Positions 40,716-51,601 of a DNA stretch of 64,000 nucleotides are shown piece after piece. The stretch comes from Calditrichaceae bacterium (GTDB lineage Bacteria; Calditrichota; Calditrichia; Calditrichales; JBFXGD01). Numbering within the stretch: position 1 is the stretch's first letter; the number at the start of each line of letters is the position of its first letter. The translations under genes were made by a program, and so were the position numbers. The stretch spans positions 128,001-192,000 of the forward strand of contig JBFXLE010000001.1 of assembly GCA_050173015.1 (NCBI GenBank), read 5' to 3'. The notes under the pieces are model-generated. The model was not told the DNA's origin. It made no database searches and saw only the letters and a program-made list of their open reading frames with translations.

Positions 40716-41509
40716 TATACATTTTGTATGGCCACTTTTGACTGAACTTGTTCACTGATCATTCCATAGCGGCGCTCGCGGTGTATGTAATCCCAAATAG
40801 CGTCGACCAGCTCAGGTTTCCTGAATTCGGGCCAGGATTTTGTGGTTATGTAAATTTCAGAATACGCAATCTGCCAAAGCAGAAAATTGCTGATCCGATT
40901 TTCCCCGCCTGTCCGGATGATTAAATCAGGATCCGGCTGACCTGCCGTGTTGAGATGGCTGCTGAATAAAGCCGTATCGATCACATCGGGATCAATTTCA
41001 CCTTTTTTCGCGCTATCCGCCAATTGCCTGCAGACATCCACGATCTCCTGGCGTCCTCCGTAACTCAAAGCGACATTTAACACAAGACCTGTATTATTCT
41101 TTGTCTGCTCAACAGCCGATTCCATGCTTTGTCGGGTAATATCCGGCAATTTTTCAAGATGACCTATTGTGCGAATCTGGACATTTTGTTCATTGAGCCG
41201 CTTAATTTTTTTATTGATAGTGGAAACCAATAATTGCATCAGGGCGGCCACTTCCCAGCTCGGTCGTTTCCAGTTTTCTTCGGAAAAAGTATAGATGGTC
41301 AAATATTTAACACCTAATTCAGCGCAGCCTTCCACTATAGACTCAACTGAATTCACTCCTTCATTATGACCTGCAATCCGAGGAAGATTTTGTTTTTTTG
41401 CCCATCTGCCATTGCCGTCCATAATGATCCCTACATGACGGGGCAGATCGGTATTTTGTTTTATTTGTTCTACTTTTTCAGAATAATCCGTTATTTTTCG
41501 ATTTATCAC
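40715..41509 (-). CDS. uppS: undecaprenyl diphosphate synthase
   Basis: HVGIIMDGNGRWA, FSEENWKRP, RTGGENRISNFLLWQ. Confidence 0.96.
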   Translation of the reverse strand: MINRKITDYSEKVEQIKQNTDLPRHVGIIMDGNGRWAKKQNLPRIAGHNEGVNSVESIVEGCAELGVKYLTIYTFSEENWKRPSWEVAALMQLLVSTINKKIKRLNEQNVQIRTIGHLEKLPDITRQSMESAVEQTKNNTGLVLNVALSYGGRQEIVDVCRQLADSAKKGEIDPDVIDTALFSSHLNTAGQPDPDLIIRTGGENRISNFLLWQIAYSEIYITTKSWPEFRKPELVDAIWDYIHRERRYGMISEQVQSKVAIQNV

Positions 41510-42017
41510 GTATAAACTATTCCTTCAATATTTTGAAATATCGTTTTAATTTAAAGTTAATTCGCTTAAAGTCAAGCGTAAAAACAATCGACAAAAACTG
41601 TATAAGCTTGAATTAATTTACAGATTTATTTATTGACATCCAGGGCAGAAATCTATTTTTAATAGATCATATCCGCCGGATACTACTTAGATTATGATGA
41701 AAAGATTTAGATACTCTCCCGACATTTAAATTAGCATGCAGGTAAAATTAAAGTTACAAACATTATTCGCCTCCGGCAATATATGTTTGCGAAATACTTA
41801 AATTTTCATAATAAACGGCTATATTTCATTATTATTGTCGGGAAGAACAGCGATTAAAAAGCAGTTATCTGATGAAAAAATACACTATCTCAGACAGGAG
41901 AAATCCATCAAAACCACAAATATTTTCATGAAGGAAGTTCAGGTATACTCATTATTGCATTTAACTCGCGCTTTGATTAATTTTAAAGGCTAAAGACAAA
42001 TAAATTAAAAGGAATAC

Positions 42018-43823
42018 ATGTATCAGGATTTAATTAGAAATTTTTGCATTATCGCGCATATTGACCACGGAAAATCAACCCTTGCCGACCGGCTGCTTGA
42101 GTTTACACAGACTATTTCGCTTCGGGATCTGAAAGCACAGGTGCTGGACAGCATGGATCTTGAACGTGAACGGGGAATAACCATAAAATCTCATGCCATC
42201 CGCATGAAATATAAGGCAAAAGATAAACTGGAATATACATTCAATTTAATTGACACACCCGGTCATGTCGATTTTAGTTATGAAGTTTCCAGAAGTTTGG
42301 CGGCTTGCGAAGGTGCGTTGTTGGTCGTTGACGCGGCCCAGGGTGTTGAAGCTCAGACCATAAGCAATCTATATCTTGCAATCGAAAATGATCTTCAGAT
42401 CATACCGGTGATCAATAAAGTTGATTTACCGGGCGCTCAGGTGGAAACGGTAAAGAATCAGATTATAGAACTTATTGGCTGCGAAGAAGAAGAAATACTC
42501 CTGACCAGCGCGAAAAGCGGTCTCGGGGTCGAAACAATCCTGGAAACCATCATAAAAGTGATACCCTCGCCCAAAGGCGACCCGGATGAAAAACTTCAGG
42601 CGTTGATTTTTGATTCGATGTTTGACAGTTACCGCGGCGCGGTTGCCTACATTCGGGTGTTCAACGGGACACTTAAGACCAATGACGCCATAAAATTTTT
42701 CCGCCATCATCATCTCTTTAACGCGGATGAAATAGGTATTCTCAAACTAACCCGCGAACCAGTAAAGGAGCTGCGGGCCGGGGAAGTCGGTTATCTGATC
42801 TCCGGCGCGAAAGATGTTAAAGACACCAAGGTGGGAGATACTGTCACTTTAGCCAAAGATCCCGCTTCAAAGCCGCTCTCGGGGTACAAAGAAGTGAAAC
42901 CGATGGTGTTTTCAGGTATCTATCCTATCATAAGTGAAGATTTTGAGGATCTCAGGGACGCATTGGATAAACTGACGCTAAATGATTCCGCTCTTGTTTA
43001 TGTACCGGAAACATCCAAGGCTCTGGGATTTGGCTTCCGTTGCGGATTTTTGGGATTGCTCCACATGGAAATTGTTCAGGAACGTTTAGAACGTGAATAC
43101 AATTTATCAATTATCAACACCGTCCCGAACGTTGTTTACAAGGTCTATCTGACCAATGGAACCGTTAAAGAAATAGATAATCCCACCGAGATGCCAAATC
43201 AGGGCACGATCGAATATATAGAGGAACCTTATATTTCCGCGCAGATACTGACTCCGCCTGAATATATCGGTAATATTATGAAATTAGGTCAGGAAAAAAG
43301 AGCTATATTTAAGAATACAACCTATCTGGATCCCAGCCGCGCGGATATGCATTTTATGTTTCCGCTCTCGGAAGTCATCTTTGATTTCTATGATAAACTC
43401 AAGTCTCATACACGCGGTTACGCGTCGCTCGATTATGAATTAGACGAATACATGGAAGGGAAACTGGTCAAGCTTGATATCCTTATAAACGGCGAACCTC
43501 TGGATGCTTTGTCAACGATCGTGCATACTGATAAGGCATACGATTGGGGGCGGCGTCTTTGCCGTCATCTGAAAGACCTGATTCCAAGACAAATGTTCGA
43601 AGTGATCATTCAGGCGGCCATAGGGAGCAAAATTATCGCGCGAGACACCGTTAAACCGCTCAGAAAAAATGTGTTGGCTAAATGTTACGGCGGGGATGTC
43701 AGCCGGAAGCGTAAGCTGCTTGAGAAACAAAAAGAAGGAAAGAAACGTATGAAGCAGGTGGGACGCGTTGAAATTCCGCAGGAAGCGTTTCTCGCTGTGT
43801 TATCAATGAACACGGATAAGTAA
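42018..43823 (+). CDS. lepA: elongation factor 4
   Basis: [38 protein letters not shown]. Confidence 0.98.
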   Translation: MYQDLIRNFCIIAHIDHGKSTLADRLLEFTQTISLRDLKAQVLDSMDLERERGITIKSHAIRMKYKAKDKLEYTFNLIDTPGHVDFSYEVSRSLAACEGALLVVDAAQGVEAQTISNLYLAIENDLQIIPVINKVDLPGAQVETVKNQIIELIGCEEEEILLTSAKSGLGVETILETIIKVIPSPKGDPDEKLQALIFDSMFDSYRGAVAYIRVFNGTLKTNDAIKFFRHHHLFNADEIGILKLTREPVKELRAGEVGYLISGAKDVKDTKVGDTVTLAKDPASKPLSGYKEVKPMVFSGIYPIISEDFEDLRDALDKLTLNDSALVYVPETSKALGFGFRCGFLGLLHMEIVQERLEREYNLSIINTVPNVVYKVYLTNGTVKEIDNPTEMPNQGTIEYIEEPYISAQILTPPEYIGNIMKLGQEKRAIFKNTTYLDPSRADMHFMFPLSEVIFDFYDKLKSHTRGYASLDYELDEYMEGKLVKLDILINGEPLDALSTIVHTDKAYDWGRRLCRHLKDLIPRQMFEVIIQAAIGSKIIARDTVKPLRKNVLAKCYGGDVSRKRKLLEKQKEGKKRMKQVGRVEIPQEAFLAVLSMNTDK

Positions 43824-43857
43824 AATATTTTCAGGAAACGAGGGTTAAGGAGGCATT

Positions 43858-44574
43858 TTGAGCGAATCCAAAGCAACTCCTAAAAATAGGTTCAGGGATG
43901 TTACAGAGGGTCTTGTTGTAGCGTTGCTGGCGGCTTTGATCATCAGACAATTTATCGTTCAGGCATATACCATTCCGACGTCATCCATGGAAGATACGCT
44001 CCTGGTAGGAGATTTTCTATTGGTGAATAAATTTAATTATGGAATGCGTTCGCCTGACTGGATCGGAATACCATACACCGATATCGGTTTTGATATGCCC
44101 TGGTTTCGCTTGCCCGCGATCAGGCAACCGGAACCTTATGATGTGGTCGTATTCAGATACCCGGAAAATCCCAGTTTGGATTATATAAAGAGATGTATCG
44201 CGAAAAGCGGGCAGGTCGTAAAGGTGAAGGATAAAATTGTCTATGTGGATGACCAGGAGTTCAGAAGACCGCCATTTTCCAAGTATATTGACCCGCATAT
44301 TTATCAGCGAAATCAGGGCGCCTATATTTTCCCTACGTTTATGAGTTTGGGGAGCAGGGATAATTATGGTCCTCTTTTAATCCCTGAAGATTCATTCTGG
44401 ATGATGGGCGATAATCGCGATAACAGCTCTGACAGCCGACAGTGGGGATTTGTCACATACGATCATATCGTGGGCGAGGCTTTAATTATTTATTTTTCAT
44501 GGAATTCGAGACTGCCCTGGACACAATTTTTCAATAAAATACGTTTTGACCGAATAGGTACCGTTATCAGATAA
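43858..44574 (+). CDS. lepB: signal peptidase I
   Basis: IPTSSMEDTL, YIKRC, MGDNRDNSSDSR; TTG start. Confidence 0.95.
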   Translation: MSESKATPKNRFRDVTEGLVVALLAALIIRQFIVQAYTIPTSSMEDTLLVGDFLLVNKFNYGMRSPDWIGIPYTDIGFDMPWFRLPAIRQPEPYDVVVFRYPENPSLDYIKRCIAKSGQVVKVKDKIVYVDDQEFRRPPFSKYIDPHIYQRNQGAYIFPTFMSLGSRDNYGPLLIPEDSFWMMGDNRDNSSDSRQWGFVTYDHIVGEALIIYFSWNSRLPWTQFFNKIRFDRIGTVIR

Positions 44575-44624
44575 TAATTTTGCAATAATCTATTACGGTC
44601 AACCCGGAATAATCCATCTTTTAG

Positions 44625-45794
44625 ATGCGCTTAAATATGAAAAAAAATATCAGCCCTTTTCCGGGTATTTATATACATATTCCATATTGTGATACCAAAT
44701 GCGGATATTGCGATTTTTATTCGGTGACCAATCACTCGGGCAGGAAACATTTCATACCTTCTCTGATAAAAGAGATGGAGAGTAAGGCCGGGGAAATCCC
44801 GGAAGAAACCGTCTTTGATACTATCTATCTCGGTGGCGGCACCCCTTCGTTACTAACACGGGATGAACTTGAACCCTTGTTCGAATCCCTTCATAAAAAT
44901 CTCCATTTTGCTGAAAACACCGAAATCACTATAGAAGCGAACCCGGGCACAATTAGCAAAGAGAGTTTTCGTCTCTACAGGTCGCTGGGGATAAACCGGC
45001 TGAGTATCGGTATACAGAGCTTTTCAGATAAAGAACTAAAATTTCTGGGGAGAATTCACACCGCGGAACAGGCAATCAAAACTGTTGATCTGGCCAGAGA
45101 AGAAGATATTCGGAATATAAGCATCGATTTGATTTTCGCGTTACCGGGACAAACCCTGATTCAATGGAAACAAAATCTTGAGACGGCAATGGGCCTGAAT
45201 CCGGAGCATATATCCGCCTATAATCTGATATTCGAGGAAGGAACTCCCTTTTATTCATCCATGTTAAAGGGTAATATCATTCCCAAAAAGGATGAGGATG
45301 AAAGCCGTTTTTTTGCGGAGACCATTCAGTTTTTGGCGGGAAAAAATTATGTTCATTATGAAGTTTCAAATTTCGCTCGGGACGAATCTCTTTTCTCGCG
45401 TCATAACTATAAATACTGGGATCACACTAATTACCTGGGATTTGGTCCGTCGGCTCATTCATTCTGGGGGCAGAAAAGATGGTCCAATGTCCGTTCCGTT
45501 GCGCAATATGTGAGTAAAATACAGACAGGCAAAAGCCCTGAGGCGTTCTCCGAAATTCTGAATACGGAAACAAGGATTTTTGAAAGTATATTTTTGGGTC
45601 TGAGAACTTTGTCGGGTATTGATTTGAAACGGTTTGAGTCTCTTTATCAAAAATCGTTCCTTGATTTATATAAACAAAAAGTTCAGGATTTGATTGCTGA
45701 CGAATTCGCCGAGATCACGGATTCACATTTTCGGCTGACCAAAAAAGGATTATTTATTTGTGATGAAATATTACCTGCGTTTGCTCCTAATTAG
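44625..45794 (+). CDS. hemW: radical SAM heme chaperone HemW
   Basis: YIHIPYCDTKCGYCDF, YEVSNF, HNYKYW; lepA-linked; lacks the HemN N-terminal PRYTSYP. Confidence 0.88.
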   Translation: MRLNMKKNISPFPGIYIHIPYCDTKCGYCDFYSVTNHSGRKHFIPSLIKEMESKAGEIPEETVFDTIYLGGGTPSLLTRDELEPLFESLHKNLHFAENTEITIEANPGTISKESFRLYRSLGINRLSIGIQSFSDKELKFLGRIHTAEQAIKTVDLAREEDIRNISIDLIFALPGQTLIQWKQNLETAMGLNPEHISAYNLIFEEGTPFYSSMLKGNIIPKKDEDESRFFAETIQFLAGKNYVHYEVSNFARDESLFSRHNYKYWDHTNYLGFGPSAHSFWGQKRWSNVRSVAQYVSKIQTGKSPEAFSEILNTETRIFESIFLGLRTLSGIDLKRFESLYQKSFLDLYKQKVQDLIADEFAEITDSHFRLTKKGLFICDEILPAFAPN

Positions 45795-47592
45795 CCTTTT
45801 GCTGATTTCCGCGGGCATTACAGAGAGCGCTCTTTACGCTCAGGCCGGAAACCGTCTGCAAATTGCTAAAGTACTTGAAAAAGCCGGTCAGTATAAGGAC
45901 GCGCTCCAGATATATTTGCCCATGTACCGTTCGGGTGACCGGTCTGTTCAGGTAATTTCGGGAATTGAGAACTCGTACAGAGAGCTGTCGCAGTATGATG
46001 AACTTATTGAATTTCTATCCGGTCTGACGCGTGAATATCCGGAAAACATAAGTTATCAAATAAATCTCGGATCAGCCCGGTATCTGAATAACCAGAAGGA
46101 CAAAGCTCTTCAAATCTGGCAGGCGGTGTATAACACAGAACCGCAGAATATTATGAATTACCGGTTGATCGCATCCGCGATGATCCAGTTAAGATTGTAT
46201 GATCAGGCTATTGATGTTTATAAACAGGCGATGCGGCGGATAAAAAACCAGGAAATATTGTACAGGGAGATCGGGAATCTTTACAGAGCGCAATTAAATT
46301 ATGAACGCGCGGTGGATAATTTTCTTCATTATTATCGCTATGACACAAAACAGTTTAACTATGTAAACATCCAGATAATAACAATGTCGAAAGATGACGA
46401 AGCCGTCGGCAGAATCATCGACGCGATTACCGATCACACAAACCAATTCGGGAGTGATCCCTTAATTGATGAACTTCTGGCCGGAATGTATATAAGGAAA
46501 AAGGAATTCGGAAACGCTTTTAAAATTTACCGGCAGCTGGATCAGCAGGACAAAAACCGCAATTATTTGATTCTTTTTGGAAAAGAAGCCGAAAAAAATT
46601 GGGCCTTCGAATATGCCATTCAGGCTTATAAATTAATGCTTAATGACAGCGGAGATGAAAGAAACAAGGAGCAGGTTCAGTTAAGTCTCGCAAAATGTAC
46701 CTATGACTTCGGCGAAGAACTGAGCAAAAAGGGAGATCAGCTGAAAGCGGGGCAGCGGGTGGAAGAATCCATCAGGATGCTTGAATCCATCCAAAAGCAG
46801 GTGACCAGACAGGATGTAAAAAGAGATGCCCTTGAACTTCAGGGTGACATACATCTTGAATTCTATAATGACACGGATAAAGCGATTGATTTATATTCAC
46901 AACTGCTAAAGGAAAATTTACCTGTTCACATTGCCGGAAGAGTCAAAATCAAGCTTGGTCAGTCTTTCCTGATAAAAAATGATCTGAATACGGCATTAAA
47001 AATATTTCGTTCGGTTAACAACGGACAGTACGCGAACCGGGCCTCATACTATCTGGCGGAAATCAGTTTTTACAACGGGCAGTTTAGCAGCGCGCGGTCA
47101 GGGTTTGAGCATTTGATTTCACGCGCGGGGATGAGCGATACGCTTGCCAACAACGCGCTGGAGAGAATATTTTTAATTGATCAGTATGCCGCCGATTCGA
47201 CCGGACTTGCTGAATTTTCCGCGGCGGAATTGCTTCTGGCGCGGGAGAAACGATCGGAAGCGGCTAAGAAATACAATGAACTTTTTTTGAAAAAAAAACA
47301 AATCAGTCCGATGGCCGGGTTAAAGGCGGCATCCGTTTACAAAAGTCTTGAGATGTCAGATGAAGGCATGGCTGTCCTGGAAAGTTTTATTTCAGCCTAT
47401 CCGGATGATCCGGAAATCGATAAGGCTTTTTTCTCACTGGCCGGAATATATGAGCGACAATCTGACTTTGTGAAGGCGATTGCCTGTTACCAGCAAATAT
47501 TACAAAATTATCCCGGAAGTTTTTATCTCGATGAGGCCAGGAACAACATACGCGAAATAACGCCAATTTTGGAAAGTCTTAAAAAACAATGA
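45760..47592 (+). CDS. exported tetratricopeptide-repeat protein
   Basis: Signal peptide, many TPR-like helix pairs, C-terminal YPGSFY. Confidence 0.8.
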   Translation: MMKYYLRLLLISLLLISAGITESALYAQAGNRLQIAKVLEKAGQYKDALQIYLPMYRSGDRSVQVISGIENSYRELSQYDELIEFLSGLTREYPENISYQINLGSARYLNNQKDKALQIWQAVYNTEPQNIMNYRLIASAMIQLRLYDQAIDVYKQAMRRIKNQEILYREIGNLYRAQLNYERAVDNFLHYYRYDTKQFNYVNIQIITMSKDDEAVGRIIDAITDHTNQFGSDPLIDELLAGMYIRKKEFGNAFKIYRQLDQQDKNRNYLILFGKEAEKNWAFEYAIQAYKLMLNDSGDERNKEQVQLSLAKCTYDFGEELSKKGDQLKAGQRVEESIRMLESIQKQVTRQDVKRDALELQGDIHLEFYNDTDKAIDLYSQLLKENLPVHIAGRVKIKLGQSFLIKNDLNTALKIFRSVNNGQYANRASYYLAEISFYNGQFSSARSGFEHLISRAGMSDTLANNALERIFLIDQYAADSTGLAEFSAAELLLAREKRSEAAKKYNELFLKKKQISPMAGLKAASVYKSLEMSDEGMAVLESFISAYPDDPEIDKAFFSLAGIYERQSDFVKAIACYQQILQNYPGSFYLDEARNNIREITPILESLKKQ

Positions 47593-48848
47593 AAAAAATC
47601 ATCTTTTATATGCTGATTTTATTTATGGGTAAATTGTCTTTCGCCCAGTTTATATTGGTTCCGATGGATTTGTCGCAAACCAATCACCTAAAAGCCTATG
47701 GTGTCGCCTATTGGGTTTTAAAACATGATGTTACCATCGAATGGCTTCTGAACTACAGAGGCGGATCTTTCCTCTTTACCGGAAGCACGGGTTTTGAGAA
47801 TGAATGCCGCGTCAGAGGAGTGAAGTTTGAATCTGTTACTTCAGGTGATGTAAGCCGGATCTATTCGGAGCTTGAAGAAAATAATATGGAAAAAATCCTG
47901 CTTGAAAAAGCGCCAAAAATAGCCGTTTATACACCACCCGGATTTCAACCCTGGGATGACGCGGTCACGCTGGCCATGGTTTATGCGGAAATTGATTATG
48001 ATAAAATTTATGATAAAGATGTGCTGAGCGGTGTACTCAATCAATACGACTGGCTGCATCTTCATCATGAAGATTTTACGGGGCAATACGGAAAATTCTG
48101 GAGTAGTTTCAGGAATGAAACCTGGTATATTAAACAACAACTGGAAGCAGAAAAATTAGCGGCGGAACTCGGATATGTTAAGGTAAGCAAGGAAAAAGGA
48201 GCCGTCGCGAGAGAAATCAGGCGGTATGTGGGAGAGGGAGGATTTCTTTTTGCCATGTGCTCGGCGACCGATGCCATGGATATCGCGCTCTCCGCCGAAT
48301 CTACCGATATTTGCGCGTCCGTCTTTGACGGTGATCCGGTTGATCCGAATTTTGAGCAAAAACTCGATTTTACAAAAACCCTGGCATTTGAAAATTTTAA
48401 ATTAATCTCTGACCCCGCGATTTATGAATTCTCGGATATTGATATTCCGTCAAGCAATATGCCGCGGGTCCGCGATCCGGAAACGGATTATTTTTCTTTA
48501 TTTGAATTTTCGGCGAAATATGATCCTGTGCCAACCATGCTGACTCAGAATCATGTCAATGTTGTAAAGGGCTTTATGGGACAAACAACCATGTTCAGAG
48601 AGGAAAAGATTAAACCATCGGTGACGATCATGGGTAAAATCGATGGCACAAATGAGATTAAGTATTTACATGGTAATTTCGGTAAAGGGACCTTTACATT
48701 TTACGGAGGCCACGATCCTGAAGACTACACGCATCAGGTGGGTGACCCGCCAACGGATCTCTCGCTGCATAAAAATTCTCCGGGGTACCGTCTAATCCTG
48801 AATAATATCCTTTTCCCGGCGGCGAAAAAGAAAAAGCTTAAGACATAA
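47589..48848 (+). CDS. conserved exported protein (Bacteroidota family often labelled 'asparagine synthetase B')
   Basis: NHLKAYG, WLLNYRGGSF, DWLHLHHEDFTGQYGKF, FAMCSATD, GHDPED. Confidence 0.7.
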   Translation: MKKIIFYMLILFMGKLSFAQFILVPMDLSQTNHLKAYGVAYWVLKHDVTIEWLLNYRGGSFLFTGSTGFENECRVRGVKFESVTSGDVSRIYSELEENNMEKILLEKAPKIAVYTPPGFQPWDDAVTLAMVYAEIDYDKIYDKDVLSGVLNQYDWLHLHHEDFTGQYGKFWSSFRNETWYIKQQLEAEKLAAELGYVKVSKEKGAVAREIRRYVGEGGFLFAMCSATDAMDIALSAESTDICASVFDGDPVDPNFEQKLDFTKTLAFENFKLISDPAIYEFSDIDIPSSNMPRVRDPETDYFSLFEFSAKYDPVPTMLTQNHVNVVKGFMGQTTMFREEKIKPSVTIMGKIDGTNEIKYLHGNFGKGTFTFYGGHDPEDYTHQVGDPPTDLSLHKNSPGYRLILNNILFPAAKKKKLKT

Positions 48849-48857
48849 GGAGAATCT

Positions 48858-49256
48858 TTGAATATAATTTCTATCAGGACAGAAAACCGGACAGGCTTTA
48901 TCGATATTACCGGAAAAATTCGACAGATCATACAGGAAAACAACATGAAAAGCGGAATTGTATCCATTTTCATTCCGCACACAACAGCGGCGGTAACGAT
49001 AAATGAGAACGCGGATCCTGATGTCCAAAGAGATATGCTTTATGAGATAAATAAAATTGTTCCTTTTGACGACGGATATCATCACGGTGAAGGGAATTCC
49101 GCGGCGCACATTAAATCGTCAATGTTTGGAGCATCGGAAACGATCATTGTTGAGAACGGGCAATTACAACTTGGGACATGGCAGGGGATCTATTTTTGTG
49201 AATTTGACGGCCCGCGAAATCGAAAAATATGGGTAAAACTTATAAAAAGTGAATGA
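48858..49256 (+). CDS. yjbQ: YjbQ/UPF0047 family protein
   Basis: HTTAAVTINENADPDV, EGNSAAH, LGTWQGIYFCEFDGPR. Confidence 0.92.
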   Translation: MNIISIRTENRTGFIDITGKIRQIIQENNMKSGIVSIFIPHTTAAVTINENADPDVQRDMLYEINKIVPFDDGYHHGEGNSAAHIKSSMFGASETIIVENGQLQLGTWQGIYFCEFDGPRNRKIWVKLIKSE

Positions 49257-49357
49257 ATCTCGTTTTTTTTGATGTTGTATTTAAATAAAACTTGCCCGAT
49301 TCCTGAAATCATGATATTTTACACATTCTCGCAGGTTTATCATAAAGGAGCTGATGA

Positions 49358-50686
49358 ATGCTGGACCAAACTGTTGAAATATTTATTGAACGGTTAAAAA
49401 AAATTGTTCTGACCGATCAAAAGATGACTTCGATTCCGCTTGCTTATTTAAAAACACTGGATCTTCCGGAATCAATTAAACATTTTTTTGATCAGGAAGT
49501 TGAACTCTGGATTCGTGAGGAAGAGGAAAAATTTACCACTACCGAACGCTTTGATTATGATATGCCCGAAGTCCGAATGTTGATTGATCAGATTTTCGAC
49601 TATCTTAAGCAGAACGCGTATTTCCATGTGAATAAATTTAATCAATTGCTTGAGCGGGCAGTGAAACTCGAAATGAACTATCTCATTGAACCACACAGGA
49701 CATTGAGTCAGTTTCTTTTCCGAAACAGCCCGATTGTCTCCACGATAGAGGTTTATGACACCCTCAAATATTTTTTCAGATATGAATATTATAAAAACGC
49801 TATTTCGGATTACTTTAATATGAAATATCTGCGGGAGATTTCGGAGGATCAGTTTGTTGAATTGGTTGACCAGATAGATGAGAAGGCATTCGCAGAAAAT
49901 CGAGTCGACACAACCCTTAAAACTCTTAAGACCATTGTATCGTTTATTGGCGAAGCCCGTCAGGAACAATTGGAAACACTGTCCATCGATGTGCTCTCCG
50001 CCGCTCTGAAAGACCGTAATCTGAAGGATTTTGAAAGCCTGGTGGATCGTGTCAGGACTGAAACAGAATTATCAGAACTTACTTTTAATGAAATCGAAAG
50101 TCTGCTGCGCGACGGGACCATTCCCGGTACTGAAAAAGAACAAGAAGAAGCGACCGAAGTAATCGGGTATGATCAGGTTGAAGATATCGAAACGAGCAAA
50201 CCCGAAATCGCGGTCGATGGTATTGAAGTACATGAAATGCAGATGGATAAGGTAAAACTGGAAGAGGAAGCGGAAGAGGAAGATGAGGAAGAGGATGAAG
50301 TTCCGGAAACAGCCGCGCCGGCACCGGTGCCTGAATCGGGTTCAAAGGGCAAAGTAGCAGATGATCTGGCAGCGCATGTCGCCCGTCAAATCATGTCCGA
50401 TACTCCGCTTGAAGATCTGAACACAATGATAAAGGGTCGTGCCAGGCGAAAAATTCTCAAAAAACTATTCAGTAAGAAAGAAAATGAATTTCTGGGCTTT
50501 TTAAAAACGATCAACGAACTCTCCACATGGAAAGATGCTTCGCATGTGATTGATGATGAATTTTATAATCGCAGTATAAATCCTTACTCAAAGGAAGCCA
50601 TTGCTTTGAGTGATATCATTTATATGCGCTTTTTCCCGAAAGATAAATATGTCGGTGAAAAAAGCGATGACATGGCTTTTGATTAA
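49358..50686 (+). CDS. hypothetical acidic protein
   Basis: 442-aa ORF with AAGGAG RBS and poly-Glu linker. Confidence 0.75.
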   Translation: MLDQTVEIFIERLKKIVLTDQKMTSIPLAYLKTLDLPESIKHFFDQEVELWIREEEEKFTTTERFDYDMPEVRMLIDQIFDYLKQNAYFHVNKFNQLLERAVKLEMNYLIEPHRTLSQFLFRNSPIVSTIEVYDTLKYFFRYEYYKNAISDYFNMKYLREISEDQFVELVDQIDEKAFAENRVDTTLKTLKTIVSFIGEARQEQLETLSIDVLSAALKDRNLKDFESLVDRVRTETELSELTFNEIESLLRDGTIPGTEKEQEEATEVIGYDQVEDIETSKPEIAVDGIEVHEMQMDKVKLEEEAEEEDEEEDEVPETAAPAPVPESGSKGKVADDLAAHVARQIMSDTPLEDLNTMIKGRARRKILKKLFSKKENEFLGFLKTINELSTWKDASHVIDDEFYNRSINPYSKEAIALSDIIYMRFFPKDKYVGEKSDDMAFD

Positions 50687-50761
50687 TCCCGTATAATTTT
50701 GTAAATATCAAGAGATCACATAGTGGTCTCTTTTTTTTTATTTAAATGGGTATTCACTGAC

Positions 50762-51601
50762 ATGAAAAATATTCTGATACTGGGAGCCGGAAAAGTCGGC
50801 ACATCACTAAATATCGCGTTAAGATCGACAGGATACAGCAATGTCGCGATGAAAGGCCGACAGGGTGAAAAGGCTTCCGAAGCCGGCGCTGATTATCTTG
50901 ACGAATTATCCGATGAATTGTTGACGCGGGTGGACTTAATCTTCATCTGCGTCCAGGATTCAAAAATCACAGATACCGTAAAGGAGCTGCGACGGTTTAA
51001 TCTATCCGGGAAAAGAATCGTCCATACTTCCGGCGCTTATGATTCACAGATTCTCGCTTCTCTGCGGACAAAAGGAGCAAAAACCGGCAGCTTTCATCCC
51101 ATCCAGACCTTTCCGGATAAATCTCTCCCTCTAAAAATTTGGAACAGGATTGTATGTACTTATGAAGGTGATGAAGAAAACAGGCAAATGTTGTCAGAAA
51201 TTTGTTCGCGGTTTGGCGCGCGGTTGCTGCCGGTCACGCCCGACCAAAAAACAGCTCTGCATCTGGCTGCCGTCGTGTCGGCCAATTATATGATCGCCCT
51301 GTTTTCCTGGGCTGAAAATATAATCAGTGACGCGGGTATAAATGAACTGCCGGCGAATGAACTTCTTGGTAATATCATAGAACAGGTTGCAGGAAATTAT
51401 AAGAATCAATCTTCTGAAAAAATACTTACCGGTCCTTTGGCCAGGGGAGATTGGGAAACAATTGAAAAGCATTTGGAATATTTAAAGAATTATCCGGCCA
51501 AGTATTCCCTTATATATAAAAAGTTGGCGGAACTGTTGTTGGATGACCGGAAATTTAATATTCCAAACAGGGACAAACTGGAAAAGATATTATTAACATG
51601 A
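50762..51601 (+). CDS. Rossmann-like/DUF2520 protein (PanG-like)
   Basis: ILGAGKVG, VHTSGA, FHPIQTF, HLAAVVSANY, LTGPLARGD; ATG 50762 preferred. Confidence 0.85.
   Translation: MKNILILGAGKVGTSLNIALRSTGYSNVAMKGRQGEKASEAGADYLDELSDELLTRVDLIFICVQDSKITDTVKELRRFNLSGKRIVHTSGAYDSQILASLRTKGAKTGSFHPIQTFPDKSLPLKIWNRIVCTYEGDEENRQMLSEICSRFGARLLPVTPDQKTALHLAAVVSANYMIALFSWAENIISDAGINELPANELLGNIIEQVAGNYKNQSSEKILTGPLARGDWETIEKHLEYLKNYPAKYSLIYKKLAELLLDDRKFNIPNRDKLEKILLT

Noticed and set aside
41633-41663. TTGACA promoter upstream of lepA
   Set aside because: No convincing -10 hexamer at 16-18 nt spacing
44625-45794. Second hemN copy
   Set aside because: Lacks PRYTSYP and RNFQGY; has HNxxYW and lepA linkage typical of HemW
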